Shown here: positions 27,314 to 37,021 of the stretch, one piece after another
Numbering within the stretch: the first letter of the stretch is position 1
Layout of the letters: every line of letters begins with the position of its first letter
IMG/VR virus record: IMGVR_UViG_3300045771_000049
Coordinates: 1-64,000 of that record
DNA from: a virus
Taxonomy: Duplodnaviria > Caudoviricetes
Direction: 5' to 3' (one strand)
DNA: 64,000 bases
Notes under the pieces: model-generated
The model's input: the letters and a program-made list of their open reading frames with translations, nothing else
Told to the model about the DNA's origin: nothing
Databases searched by the model: none
Position numbers and translations under genes: made by a program

Positions 27314-27356
27314 TCCCCTCGACTCACCCTTAGTCGGCGGCACGGTAAATAGGTTC

Positions 27357-27758
27357 ATGCGCTACGCGGAAATCTTGACCGAAGGCTCGAAAACGGTCGC
27401 TGAAAAATATATCACCGATGTTTATCGGCGACTGAAACGGCTGGGTCACGAGAACATTGTCGCCTATCTTGAGCCAGAGGATGATCGGCAGGTATCGCTC
27501 GACAGCATTGACGCTGCCGTGCAAGGCAAAGGCTTTGGTGAACGAGCGATGAAGTTGATCACGTCGCAAGCTGACCGCTACGGTGTCACCCTCACCTTGG
27601 TCGCATCTGGCAACGGTGACCCATCTGAAGACCGACTGGTACGCTGGTATACACGACATGGGTTTGTCATGTCTGAAACCGATTATGATCCTGATGACGA
27701 GCCGAATCAAAATACCTACACTGAGATGGCACGGGCGCCTGTAGCGGCGTCACCATGA
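27357..27758 (+). CDS. GNAT-fold acetyltransferase-like protein with leader
   Basis: TAAATA-GGTTC-ATG; MRYAEILTE; QGKGFG...M, LVRWY.RHGF. Confidence 0.78.
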   Translation: MRYAEILTEGSKTVAEKYITDVYRRLKRLGHENIVAYLEPEDDRQVSLDSIDAAVQGKGFGERAMKLITSQADRYGVTLTLVASGNGDPSEDRLVRWYTRHGFVMSETDYDPDDEPNQNTYTEMARAPVAASP

Positions 27759-27795
27759 CCCCCTTTTTCTGGCGCGTTCTTGATAAATATCCATT

Positions 27796-28557
27796 ATGAG
27801 AGTCCATGAGTTAATCGAAGCTGCCCTCGCGCACGATAACGCTGCCCTCAAGCAGCTTTACGATGCGTTCAACCACCGTCTGTTCGACGGCACGCTGCCT
27901 GAAATCCCCGTTGAATATGCAAAATTGAAAACCGTGGGTGGTGTCGTTCATACCAAGGTTCGTCGTATTCCGGGCCAGATGATCCGCTCATTGAGCCGAT
28001 ATTCCCCCGACACGCATGAAATCGTCCCAGGATCAATGCGTTTGCAAATCTCATCGATTTATCAGCGCGAAGAGACCGCGATCCACGGTCTCCTTGTGCA
28101 TGAGATGATCCATGTCTGGGTCATCGCCGTCGAGCACGATTATAATGACGACCACGGTCCCAAATTCCTCGCCAAGCGTCGTCAGTTGGCTGCCATGGTG
28201 GATTTCCCGATCCCACTCACCGATAGCGTCACCGGTCTGCAATTGACCACCACAGCCACCCGCAAGGTGGGTGCGATCCTCCTGACAAAGCCGGACAAGG
28301 TCAGCATCGCTGTGATGAGTGAAGCGTATATGCGCCAGCATCTCGAAGCGATGAAGGAGCGGTGGACCTACTTTGTCAGAAACAAATACACAAACAAGGT
28401 CGAGTTCATCATCACCCATGGCAAGCTCGAAGCCGTCTATCCCATCCAGCGCAAAAAGCAGTTTAGCGATATTGCCTTCTACATCGTCAAGGACCAGAGC
28501 CTGCTCGATGAGGCTCTGGCCAATGCCGAGGTGCTGGCCGTCTTGCGCAGCGAGTGA
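27796..28557 (+). CDS. SprT-like zinc metalloprotease with leader
   Basis: TAAATA-TCCATT-ATG; MRVHELIE; FN..LF.G.LP, HEMIH, HGPKF. Confidence 0.85.
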   Translation: MRVHELIEAALAHDNAALKQLYDAFNHRLFDGTLPEIPVEYAKLKTVGGVVHTKVRRIPGQMIRSLSRYSPDTHEIVPGSMRLQISSIYQREETAIHGLLVHEMIHVWVIAVEHDYNDDHGPKFLAKRRQLAAMVDFPIPLTDSVTGLQLTTTATRKVGAILLTKPDKVSIAVMSEAYMRQHLEAMKERWTYFVRNKYTNKVEFIITHGKLEAVYPIQRKKQFSDIAFYIVKDQSLLDEALANAEVLAVLRSE

Positions 28558-29007
28558 ACCGCATACCGCTCGGTCATTCAATCCGACGCGGCTGTGGTGA
28601 TGGTAAATCGATACCATCATTTTGAGCGTCTTCCCACGCTTCCATTTCCTCGATCGGAATCCCGATTATAGGACCGGACACCACCGGGATGTTCGGGTGG
28701 CGCTTGGCCATACTCGCTGATTCGATTTTAGATTGCTTCGCCATGGTTACGTGCCCTTTCAACGACGCAGATGCGCCCAATATCGGGTTGTCTGGGTTGC
28801 GTTTTGCACACCGTCCAGCAACGCCCGCTGAGAGGGTCTACAGCGGCTTGGACGCGCCCGGTAGGGGTAGGGTGCCAAATTGCTTTGCTGCCGTCTAGCC
28901 CCCCTTAGCGGGGCGTACAGAGGCGATTGCTGCTTGTCGCAGGATTGATCGGCAGGCAAACCGTTTGGTTTGACACTGTGGGGCATTTACGGCATCATAA
29001 CAAGGAT

Positions 29008-29472
29008 ATGGCAGGAGTGCAAACGGGTATGCCTGGGTCGCAAGCAAGGCAACGGTTGACCGATATTGCCGGGATGCTGCTGAGTGACTCGGCGCCCGAG
29101 GCCCAGAATGCGTTGGCCATGTTGCGCAAGATCACGGCCGACGCGGGGATCACGGCGGGTGATTTCAAGGAGCGGTTCGCGAAGGTCTTCGCCCAGCCCG
29201 ACACCACTGACAAGCTCGTGATGACGCGGGAGGAACTGACCGATTTCATTGCGCGCGGCGTGACCCAAGAGCGCAACAACCAGCCGACGGATAAGGGGCA
29301 TGAGCGTCTGAAACGGCAGCGTGACGCAGCGATCCACAACACCCGTTTGACTGGCGCTGCGTTTGGGGCCGCCCTGTTCGATGCCTGGATCAACCAAAAT
29401 GATGCCAGTAACTATCTTTGGCTCGGAGCGATTATCATGGTATGGTTGGTGTTCCTGCGGTATCGCAGCTAA
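29008..29472 (+). CDS. Hypothetical membrane protein
   Basis: Two C-terminal hydrophobic segments; start uncertain. Confidence 0.55.
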   Translation: MAGVQTGMPGSQARQRLTDIAGMLLSDSAPEAQNALAMLRKITADAGITAGDFKERFAKVFAQPDTTDKLVMTREELTDFIARGVTQERNNQPTDKGHERLKRQRDAAIHNTRLTGAAFGAALFDAWINQNDASNYLWLGAIIMVWLVFLRYRS

Positions 29473-29553
29473 ACTTGTCGATCACTATCAGTCCGTGGAA
29501 CTGGTCGGGCTACGATAATCACAGGGTTGGGACCGAGCCTTTGTGCGTACACA

Positions 29554-29581
29554 GCAAAGGGAACCGTGAGGTTCCCTTTGC
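29554..29581. terminator. Hairpin between convergent genes
   Basis: GCAAAGGGAACC-GTGA-GGTTCCCTTTGC. Confidence 0.7.
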
Positions 29582-29605
29582 CGTGCGTGTTTGGCAGAAA
29601 TCAGT

Positions 29606-31408
29606 TTATGTGTGTACGATCACGATGCCGGTGCCAGGGACCGAGACATTATTCAGATTCGCCGAACTGATCGTGGTTGCATTGCCGCTCTGGAAGCTGC
29701 TGCTCAATTCCCATCGCGTCACGGTCGCCGGTAAGGTCATGCCGGTGACGTTCACTGCCACATTGGCGTTGCCGCCGGTGTTGATCAACTGAACGGCAAA
29801 GCCGCTACTGGTTTTGGTCGCCAGGGTTGTGACATTGGCCGCATTGGTGCTGGCCGCCACGATGGCGCCCGGCATCACCTGTCCGGCTTGACTGAGGAAA
29901 TAAGCGTTCGGGTGAAATTGATTGCTATTCGAGACGATCGAGCAAGTGCCGTCGCCTTGTGCCATTTCCCAAATGGCCGAACTCCACATCCCGTGCTGGG
30001 CACCGGTCGCGGTGACCAGGGCCACGTAGAGCGCGCCCACCATCGTCTGCTGATCACTGTCTTGGCAATTGTAATCGACATTGTACTCATTCAATGAGTA
30101 CCGGTAGGTCTTGCCATTGAAGCTATTCGCCCCGCTGATCGCCTGCCCGACCCCGATACCTTCGGAGTACGTGGTTCCGGCGCCAGGATTGGTGCCACCG
30201 GATGGATAGGCGTGGGCGCTGATAAAGTCGAGGTTGGGATAGGCGTTGGCCAAAGTCGGCGCATATGAACCAGAGTTGATATAGGACGTGCAGGGTCCGC
30301 CGAACTGGTAGGTGCTGTCCACTTGGCTCAAGGCGTTAAACACCGCGACGCTGGTTCCGGCGACCTGTGAGGCGGAGCGGCCGGTGGCATCCGGTTCGTT
30401 GAACACGTCCCAGTAGCTGATATGAATGCCATTGGACTTGAAGTAGTTGGCCAATTGCACGAACTGATTGGCGCAGGACTGCTGATCATTGCCGTTGTCA
30501 TAGTTGAAGTAATTTGGCAACCAGCCGCCCGTCCACATCAACGTCGCATTCGGGAAGGCTTTGTTGAGATTGGCAATCACCAGATTGAGGACGCCCCAAT
30601 TGGGATTGGCGCCATTGCTGGTGAAAATCGCCCCCATCAGATTCTCAGCCTGCATGCGCCAGAGGCCGAATTTCATATTGGCCACCGCAGTGACCCAGTT
30701 CGGATCATTGAATGAGCCGCCCCAATTCTGGCTGCTCGTAGACATCGCCACGCCATACAGTTCTTTGGTCACTGTGGCGCCGGTTAGACTGCCGAGATTG
30801 ACGGTTACGCTGTTCGCGGCGGTTGACAAGGGCGGGGCGGGTATCCGAGGATCGGAGGTCGATTGCCAGGAACTGTTTGACCAGGACCACCAGCCGCCCG
30901 CCGCATTCTGCTGGTAAATGACCGAGGTGAAATACAGCAACAATGTTATATTGGCGGTCAAAGTATCGACTTTGCCATTGACTGCGGCTTGGAGTCCAGA
31001 CGAAGCGGACGACACCAAGGTCCATATGGCTCCGGTCGAATCAGTGATCGACCCGGTAACGCCGGTCAACGAGGTGGTTACCGGTGGCCTAACAGGCGGG
31101 ATGACGGGTGGGATGACAGGCGGGATGACAGGCGGGATGACGGGTGGGATGACGGGGGTCACGAGTGGGCTGGTTGTGCCGACCCAGCCGTTATTCTGCC
31201 ACGCCCACCAGCCACCGGCGGCGTTTCGCTGGTAGACTAAATGCTTTGAGTAGACCAATTCCACAACGTTAGCCGTAGATGTGTCAATGACGCCATTTTT
31301 CACGACTTGATTGCCATTGGATACCGTGGCCACCAGTGACCAGCTAGTTCCAGAAGCATCGATAATCGCAGTGGCGGTGATGATGGTCGCGTTGGCTGAT
31401 TCTGCCAT
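29606..31408 (-). CDS. Clan GH-A (GH39-like) glycoside hydrolase with two N-terminal repeat modules
   Basis: YWDVFNEPD acid/base, GGP, DFISAHAY, LNEYN nucleophile; duplicated YQ.NAAGGWW.W modules linked by (PPVI)n; TAAATA plus GAGGGGG SD. Confidence 0.75.
   Translation of the reverse strand: MAESANATIITATAIIDASGTSWSLVATVSNGNQVVKNGVIDTSTANVVELVYSKHLVYQRNAAGGWWAWQNNGWVGTTSPLVTPVIPPVIPPVIPPVIPPVIPPVRPPVTTSLTGVTGSITDSTGAIWTLVSSASSGLQAAVNGKVDTLTANITLLLYFTSVIYQQNAAGGWWSWSNSSWQSTSDPRIPAPPLSTAANSVTVNLGSLTGATVTKELYGVAMSTSSQNWGGSFNDPNWVTAVANMKFGLWRMQAENLMGAIFTSNGANPNWGVLNLVIANLNKAFPNATLMWTGGWLPNYFNYDNGNDQQSCANQFVQLANYFKSNGIHISYWDVFNEPDATGRSASQVAGTSVAVFNALSQVDSTYQFGGPCTSYINSGSYAPTLANAYPNLDFISAHAYPSGGTNPGAGTTYSEGIGVGQAISGANSFNGKTYRYSLNEYNVDYNCQDSDQQTMVGALYVALVTATGAQHGMWSSAIWEMAQGDGTCSIVSNSNQFHPNAYFLSQAGQVMPGAIVAASTNAANVTTLATKTSSGFAVQLINTGGNANVAVNVTGMTLPATVTRWELSSSFQSGNATTISSANLNNVSVPGTGIVIVHT
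31098..31158. repeat. 12-nt tandem repeat encoding PPVI linker
   Basis: (GGGATGACRGGY)n, five copies. Confidence 0.85.
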
Positions 31409-31482
31409 GTGTCCCCCTCGGGCTGTGTGCGTGGGGTATTTAGGCGTCGATAACCGCGATCTGACCTCAACAGGAGAGAACA

Positions 31483-31821
31483 ATGCCGACTTCCAAAGAA
31501 ATCAACACCGCAATCGAAGTGCTACGCAGCGCCCAACTCTATGACACCCTGCTTGACGACATTGATTACTGGAATATGCATCGTCTCAAAGCACTGGCCC
31601 AGGCCATCGAATCCCCGGCCGAATTGCGTTCGCTGCTCGCTGGCTATAGCAGCCTCGATGCGACCGCCATCAAGCCCGGCGATACCGTGCGTCACGTGGC
31701 CACTGATGGCCGCGTCTATGTCGGGGTGATCAAGGAAATGTGGGACTCGGATCATGCGGTGATCGGGCTGCATCATTACCCGGTCTCCGATCTGGAGGTG
31801 ATCAGCGAGGTCCAAACCTAA
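31483..31821 (+). CDS. Hypothetical protein
   Basis: AGGAG SD; SH3-like C-terminus IKPGDTVRH. Confidence 0.65.
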   Translation: MPTSKEINTAIEVLRSAQLYDTLLDDIDYWNMHRLKALAQAIESPAELRSLLAGYSSLDATAIKPGDTVRHVATDGRVYVGVIKEMWDSDHAVIGLHHYPVSDLEVISEVQT

Positions 31822-31830
31822 ATAGAGACC

Positions 31831-32145
31831 ATGCGATATTATCAGTTCATGGAGGTCGATACGTCGGCCTCAGCGCCCATGGGGCCTCGGATCATCTCCG
31901 ACCCCGTGCCGGGTGCCACGCCGGGGAAACTGGTCAGTGACATTGCGCAAGCGGCATTGGCTCGACGACCCGACCGCAAACACGTCATGAAACTGGTTCT
32001 TCAGCTACTCAAAACCGCGCTCGCCAGCGGGCGAGGATCGCCGACCTTTAAGACTGCGATCGCCAACATCGCGTCCATGCAAATTGCCCTGGGTGACAAA
32101 GTACCCGAGCTTCGTAGCATCGATCTGACCATCTTCGGCGGCTAG
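31831..32145 (+). CDS. Hypothetical protein with leader
   Basis: TAAATA-GAGACC-ATG; MRYYQFME. Confidence 0.7.
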   Translation: MRYYQFMEVDTSASAPMGPRIISDPVPGATPGKLVSDIAQAALARRPDRKHVMKLVLQLLKTALASGRGSPTFKTAIANIASMQIALGDKVPELRSIDLTIFGG

Positions 32146-32149
32146 GCGA

Positions 32150-32719
32150 ATGCGTAATTTCATCACGATCATTGAAGCCTATCAGTACCAGATGTTCCCA
32201 CCCGAACGGCTGTATCATACCACCTCGCCGTTTGCCGCGTTCGAAATCCTCACCCATGGCGCAGTGCGGCCGAAAGACCCTGACGGCTTCATCTCGTTTT
32301 CAGAAAAACCGCATCTGACGGACATCACCGCGCACGGCGCAACCCTTGTGTTTGATCTGCGCAAGCTCTACGCCCAGCTTGAACCGGTCGAATATACCGA
32401 GGAATGGGCACACGAACATGCCGCCCAAGCCCGCTACATCGCAGGCGATGGCTGGACGGCCCAGTTCGAATATTCATCCGACGATGGGGACGACGAGTTT
32501 GACGATGATGATGGTTACGATGCCGCCTATGCCGCTGCTGAAATCGACGCTTTCCTGGCCAAGGCCGAGGAAGACGAATGGATTTCGCTGCATCCGGGCA
32601 TGCCGGTTCAGTTTCGTCCGGATGCCGTGGTCGCGATCATTCTCGACGAGATCGAGGCCGACACCCAAAGCGAATTGACGGCGATGGGCTACGGCCACGT
32701 TATCATTCAGCAGGCATAA
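32150..32719 (+). CDS. Acidic ART-like protein with leader
   Basis: MRNFITIIE; LYHTT...IL..G, ISFSE, EDEWI. Confidence 0.65.
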   Translation: MRNFITIIEAYQYQMFPPERLYHTTSPFAAFEILTHGAVRPKDPDGFISFSEKPHLTDITAHGATLVFDLRKLYAQLEPVEYTEEWAHEHAAQARYIAGDGWTAQFEYSSDDGDDEFDDDDGYDAAYAAAEIDAFLAKAEEDEWISLHPGMPVQFRPDAVVAIILDEIEADTQSELTAMGYGHVIIQQA

Positions 32720-33506
32720 CCTGCATTCGCCATGCAGGTCCGTCAGTGTCCAATTGTCGATTATAATATTCACGCCCAAACGCGGTCAGACGATACAATT
32801 TGGTTCGAGTAGCACTATCATAACGTTCAACGATGATATCACCGAATTTGGTCGCGGTACATAGCTCAGAGACGCGCCCATCGACAGGATGGCGATATCC
32901 CCCGTGCGAACTTTTAGACTTGGCTTCGAGGTCTATGTTCAACGCCTGATTCAGCGCAACACATAACATTTCTTTAGTCACTATAGGATGATTTTGCAGC
33001 GTCTCACAAATGACCAGATGTTCTTTGCCGAGTCTCGCAGGTTTGCGCCTAGTCTGACTCTTGACTTTTAGCTTGGTTCCTCGCCCTCCCATGTTGGAGG
33101 CTGTCTGCAACATTTTCACCTGTGCGTCAGTGGTTTCGGCGGCGTAGACCTTGCACGGTATCTCAACCCATCGTTCATATTCGATCCGTTGCGACGATCG
33201 CGCCCCGATATCGCTGAGTTGCAATGCGCGTTCAGCATCGGCCAATTTAGTTTCACAGGAAAACCAACGCTGAATACCATAAATAAGTTCGTATTTGACT
33301 TTACCATGCACGATTCGCACACCGATCGCCTCGACGCACCCGATTGCATCCATCGACGGCACCAGCACTGCATTGCAAAAGTCCTGATCAACCTGATGAC
33401 GTTGCGAAGCCGATACAGTGATATCCCGCAACGGGATTTGCTCATAGTACGGGCGAAGCCGCAAGGACGCCCCGATTAGGGTAGCGTCGAGAATTTTTGC
33501 GACCAT
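32703..33506 (-). CDS. ParB/Srx-like domain protein
   Basis: L..SM..IG..EAI.V...YELIYG.QR...EIPC.V...SN. Confidence 0.6.
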   Translation of the reverse strand: MVAKILDATLIGASLRLRPYYEQIPLRDITVSASQRHQVDQDFCNAVLVPSMDAIGCVEAIGVRIVHGKVKYELIYGIQRWFSCETKLADAERALQLSDIGARSSQRIEYERWVEIPCKVYAAETTDAQVKMLQTASNMGGRGTKLKVKSQTRRKPARLGKEHLVICETLQNHPIVTKEMLCVALNQALNIDLEAKSKSSHGGYRHPVDGRVSELCTATKFGDIIVERYDSATRTKLYRLTAFGREYYNRQLDTDGPAWRMQVMPAE

Positions 33507-34520
33507 TTAGAGATTGCTGCGATACAGGCAGAGGCGCTCAGTGGCATTTAATTTCTTGTCGTAGGTCTCATCACATCGCCGAGCCGCGACAGCCTCCAGA
33601 GCCGACTGGTATGAGAGCGGAAGCTGCCGACCGGTTCGGATCACCGCCGCCGCAGCCTGCCACAAATAGGGTTCGGCCCGCCGCAGAAAATGATCATGCT
33701 CGCTAGCCTCCTCCAGTAATTTCACAACGATGGCAATGTCTTCATCGGCGATACTGAGGTCAGCACTGTTTAGTGAATCGAACTGGCTACCCCACGGAAT
33801 CGTGCCGCCTAGAACGACTCCAACTAACGCTGCATTTATTTGCTCTCTTCCTGCGACCGCCTTCCTGCCTCCACAGGCAAATCGACTAATGTTGATATCC
33901 GGATCAAGTCTCGCCCGAATGATAGCCCGCGTTCCGGCCGAAATTACCACCCCACGCGGATCAAGACTCTTAACGATTTTCTTTCCCACGCGCATGCCAT
34001 GGGAATTCAGGTCAACCAATATAACCTTTGCGAACTCCTGTGAAACATTTGCAACTATAGTGTACTTGAACGGCGTATCGCCAATGTCCGGGCGCTGAAC
34101 GCGGACCATGTAGAGTGCTTCTAACTGGGTTTCACCATCGATCGGAAATAATGCCGATCTAGATAAGATATCGAGACCACCGCCGTCCACCGAAATCGCC
34201 GCTTTTTCTACCCACATAGTGATCGCAGGAGTGAACGCCATCTTGCCGTCGAGCAAACCCAGCCAGTAATCGCGGTAGCTTATGGCGTTCCGCTTACGTG
34301 CTGCAAGAAATGGTCTCTGAACCGAATCGCGGGCCATTTTGATGTTAAGAGCCACAGGATCGCGTTCCATATCAACAAGCCGGGCGCGCTCCGCCCATAA
34401 CGGTTCGGTCAGCCCGACTTTCTCCCAGTCATTTAACGTCACATGAGTCTGCCACTCTAAACCACCGCCAGGGAGTGGTTGGGGCGGCATGGGACGCAAT
34501 TTTAGACTTGAGTTGGCCAT
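33507..34520 (-). CDS. DndB/DGQHR-like ParB-family protein
   Basis: VQRP, FTPAIT, PIDGETQL.AL, DLN. Confidence 0.55.
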   Translation of the reverse strand: MANSSLKLRPMPPQPLPGGGLEWQTHVTLNDWEKVGLTEPLWAERARLVDMERDPVALNIKMARDSVQRPFLAARKRNAISYRDYWLGLLDGKMAFTPAITMWVEKAAISVDGGGLDILSRSALFPIDGETQLEALYMVRVQRPDIGDTPFKYTIVANVSQEFAKVILVDLNSHGMRVGKKIVKSLDPRGVVISAGTRAIIRARLDPDINISRFACGGRKAVAGREQINAALVGVVLGGTIPWGSQFDSLNSADLSIADEDIAIVVKLLEEASEHDHFLRRAEPYLWQAAAAVIRTGRQLPLSYQSALEAVAARRCDETYDKKLNATERLCLYRSNL

Positions 34521-34594
34521 TTTTAACTCCGTGTGAATAGGGTAAAGTTGACCCCATTTACATAGGGGCGGTGATCGATCCAGACAAGTGTATT

Positions 34595-35701
34595 TTAGGC
34601 GGCGACAAACTGAAAAATGTTTCCGGCCAAATGAACAGTCCGGTTAAAGATATGAAGTTCGATTAAATTGTTCCATTCATCTGAGTGGATTGGCTGCAAC
34701 GATTTCACGCTGTTGCTGATCCGCTCCAATAATCCTTTCCAAGTTACCCGACCTGTTTCACCGCCGACTGCGTTGATCAGAAACTCCTCCAAGGTGACGA
34801 CCTTGATCGTCAGTTCAGGATACTTCGTACGAATCCGCATCATGATACTGGTCTGGGTGTCGGCGACAAACGCCTGTTTGGCCGAGGAGACCATGGTCAC
34901 GCGATTACACCATCCCGAATTGATGGCCTTCTTGCAGGTCTCCTGGAGCATCGCGAGGGTAATCGGGGCCGACTTTACTTCAATTGTATAGTCATCTCCA
35001 TCGATATCGCCCACGCCACTCTTGTCATTGGACTGCAAAAGGGTTTTGCGGGACACATTGTTATCACGCTCGTGGGCGGCCGACCATGCAACCGTTTCAA
35101 CCCGCTCGCTGGGATACTCTTGGAGAAATTGATTGATGATCATCGATGCTAGGTCTGGCTCGACCTTCGATGTAGTCACCGGCACCGTGTGCCTTCGCTT
35201 TGACATCACGCGATACCGTGCTGCCAAGGCATCGAACACCTCGATCGCATGGCCCGACTCGATCAAATCAATAAATCTCAAGAACAGCCATCGCACATCT
35301 TCACTACGAAACGATCCCCGAAAGTCCCAATCAAACACAGTTGGATTCATCAAACAGCGACGCACCCCAGCACCCGGATCGTTGCTGATCAGCGTATGAT
35401 CGAAATGCTCACGCGCAATGGGGGTGATGATATTACCCACCGTGCGCAAAGTCGGATGCGAGGAGTCAAAATATGTCATGTCACTGAAAAAACGGGTGTT
35501 GCACGCCGGTACAACAACCTTGTAAGCAGCGATACAAAAGACAGCCGTGGTGGTGACGTAGCTGCCGTTATGCCCAGCAAATCCGTCCGCCGTGGCGAGA
35601 CGCTCCGCGAGATCACGGACACACTTGGAGGGAAGCGTGTCAGCGTAGAGACGATCTCGAACCCATAGGTTAAGCCGTCCAGTAACGCGATCAATCGGCA
35701 T
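34595..35701 (-). CDS. Putative PD-(D/E)XK restriction endonuclease
   Basis: GVGDID...IEVKS; GGGGGAG SD before MPIDR; overlaps methyltransferase stop. Confidence 0.55.
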   Translation of the reverse strand: MPIDRVTGRLNLWVRDRLYADTLPSKCVRDLAERLATADGFAGHNGSYVTTTAVFCIAAYKVVVPACNTRFFSDMTYFDSSHPTLRTVGNIITPIAREHFDHTLISNDPGAGVRRCLMNPTVFDWDFRGSFRSEDVRWLFLRFIDLIESGHAIEVFDALAARYRVMSKRRHTVPVTTSKVEPDLASMIINQFLQEYPSERVETVAWSAAHERDNNVSRKTLLQSNDKSGVGDIDGDDYTIEVKSAPITLAMLQETCKKAINSGWCNRVTMVSSAKQAFVADTQTSIMMRIRTKYPELTIKVVTLEEFLINAVGGETGRVTWKGLLERISNSVKSLQPIHSDEWNNLIELHIFNRTVHLAGNIFQFVAA

Positions 35702-36761
35702 TGGTGGTCTCCCCCTGCGGGAAATTAAAAACGTCATCCGACTTGCGGAGAGCTTCCAAACGTTTCTCGGCCAAATCCTTGTACTCGGCACTGATCTCGA
35801 TACCGACGTACTTACGACCGGTGTTTAATGCCGCCACCGCCGTGGTGCCACTCCCCATGAACGGGTCCAGTACCACCCCTCCTGGTGGCACCAGCAACTG
35901 AATGAACTCTTCGATTAGCTCGACCGGAAAGACCGCTGGATGTTTGTTGTGCGGGATCGTCTCGACGCTCTGACAAATGTAATCCCGCACGTGATCCACC
36001 TTCATGGTGTCACCCGCTAAGCGAATGATGGAGAAGCCCTGGTTCAAGATTTGCGTGTTGCGACCACCCGCCTGTCCGCCATAGGCCAGTGCATGGTAAC
36101 CGCGAATCTTCATCCGAATGCCGGAAATCTTCTGGCTCTTGACATCTTCGACGGCAAGCCGCAGGGCGTCATACGCGGCTTGTTTTTCGCCCTCCGTCAA
36201 TGCCGACGCATCGATCAATGCCTGATATTTCTGACCGAATCGCGGACCCACTTTCGGACGCAGCGCCTTCTCGGTCTCCTCGATCTTCTGGAATTCATTT
36301 ACCTTGAAATAGGTGCGTTGTTTCTTATTGCCCCAAATGAAGAATGGCTCTGTCGCCGACACCAGCTTTGTGTCGTCCTGACGCGGCGTTGGATTGGATT
36401 TGATCCAGGTAACCTCGTTGATCAATTGCAGTTCGGATATTTGATCCTGCACCGCGAGCGCAAAGCGAAAGGGTACCAATAGCAAGTTGCCGTCATCAAT
36501 TTTGTCACCCATGTTCACGCAGATCGAGCCGCTCGGTTTGACGATGCGCTGACAGGCCTTCATGATCGGCAGCAAATTCGCGATGTAATCAGCGACCGTG
36601 GCCTCGTGGCCCAACCCGTCCTTGTTGTCTGGCCCGCCATAAATGCGCTGATTGAAATACGGCGGACTGCAAATCACCGAATCAATCGAAGCGTCCGGAA
36701 ATTCTGCGCAGTTCGAGAGGAAGCGAAGACACTCGCCCGAATAAATCTGATTTAAATTCAT
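35691..36761 (-). CDS. Beta-class N4/N6 DNA methyltransferase (SPPY, likely m4C)
   Basis: CSPPY, HPAVFP, VLDPFMGSGTT, GIEI. Confidence 0.92.
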   Translation of the reverse strand: MNLNQIYSGECLRFLSNCAEFPDASIDSVICSPPYFNQRIYGGPDNKDGLGHEATVADYIANLLPIMKACQRIVKPSGSICVNMGDKIDDGNLLLVPFRFALAVQDQISELQLINEVTWIKSNPTPRQDDTKLVSATEPFFIWGNKKQRTYFKVNEFQKIEETEKALRPKVGPRFGQKYQALIDASALTEGEKQAAYDALRLAVEDVKSQKISGIRMKIRGYHALAYGGQAGGRNTQILNQGFSIIRLAGDTMKVDHVRDYICQSVETIPHNKHPAVFPVELIEEFIQLLVPPGGVVLDPFMGSGTTAVAALNTGRKYVGIEISAEYKDLAEKRLEALRKSDDVFNFPQGETTNAD

Positions 36762-37021
36762 ATTTCGCCTAATGGAATACAGAAAAATATACGCGATTAA
36801 AGCCGGATATTTATCCCGTCGAAATTCGACTGGTCAAGCGCTCAGACCGGTATTCCATCTAGATGGGACCGCTGCTCCTGGTTTGCCACACGCCCTGGTT
36901 GTTTCGCCCGCTCTTTGGCGTCAGTGCTTCAAGCGCAAAGAACGGCATTGAACTGAGAGAATGCAACGCATCCTCGAAACCAAGCACCAAACACCTAAAT
37001 ACTATAAACTTGGATCGAGCC

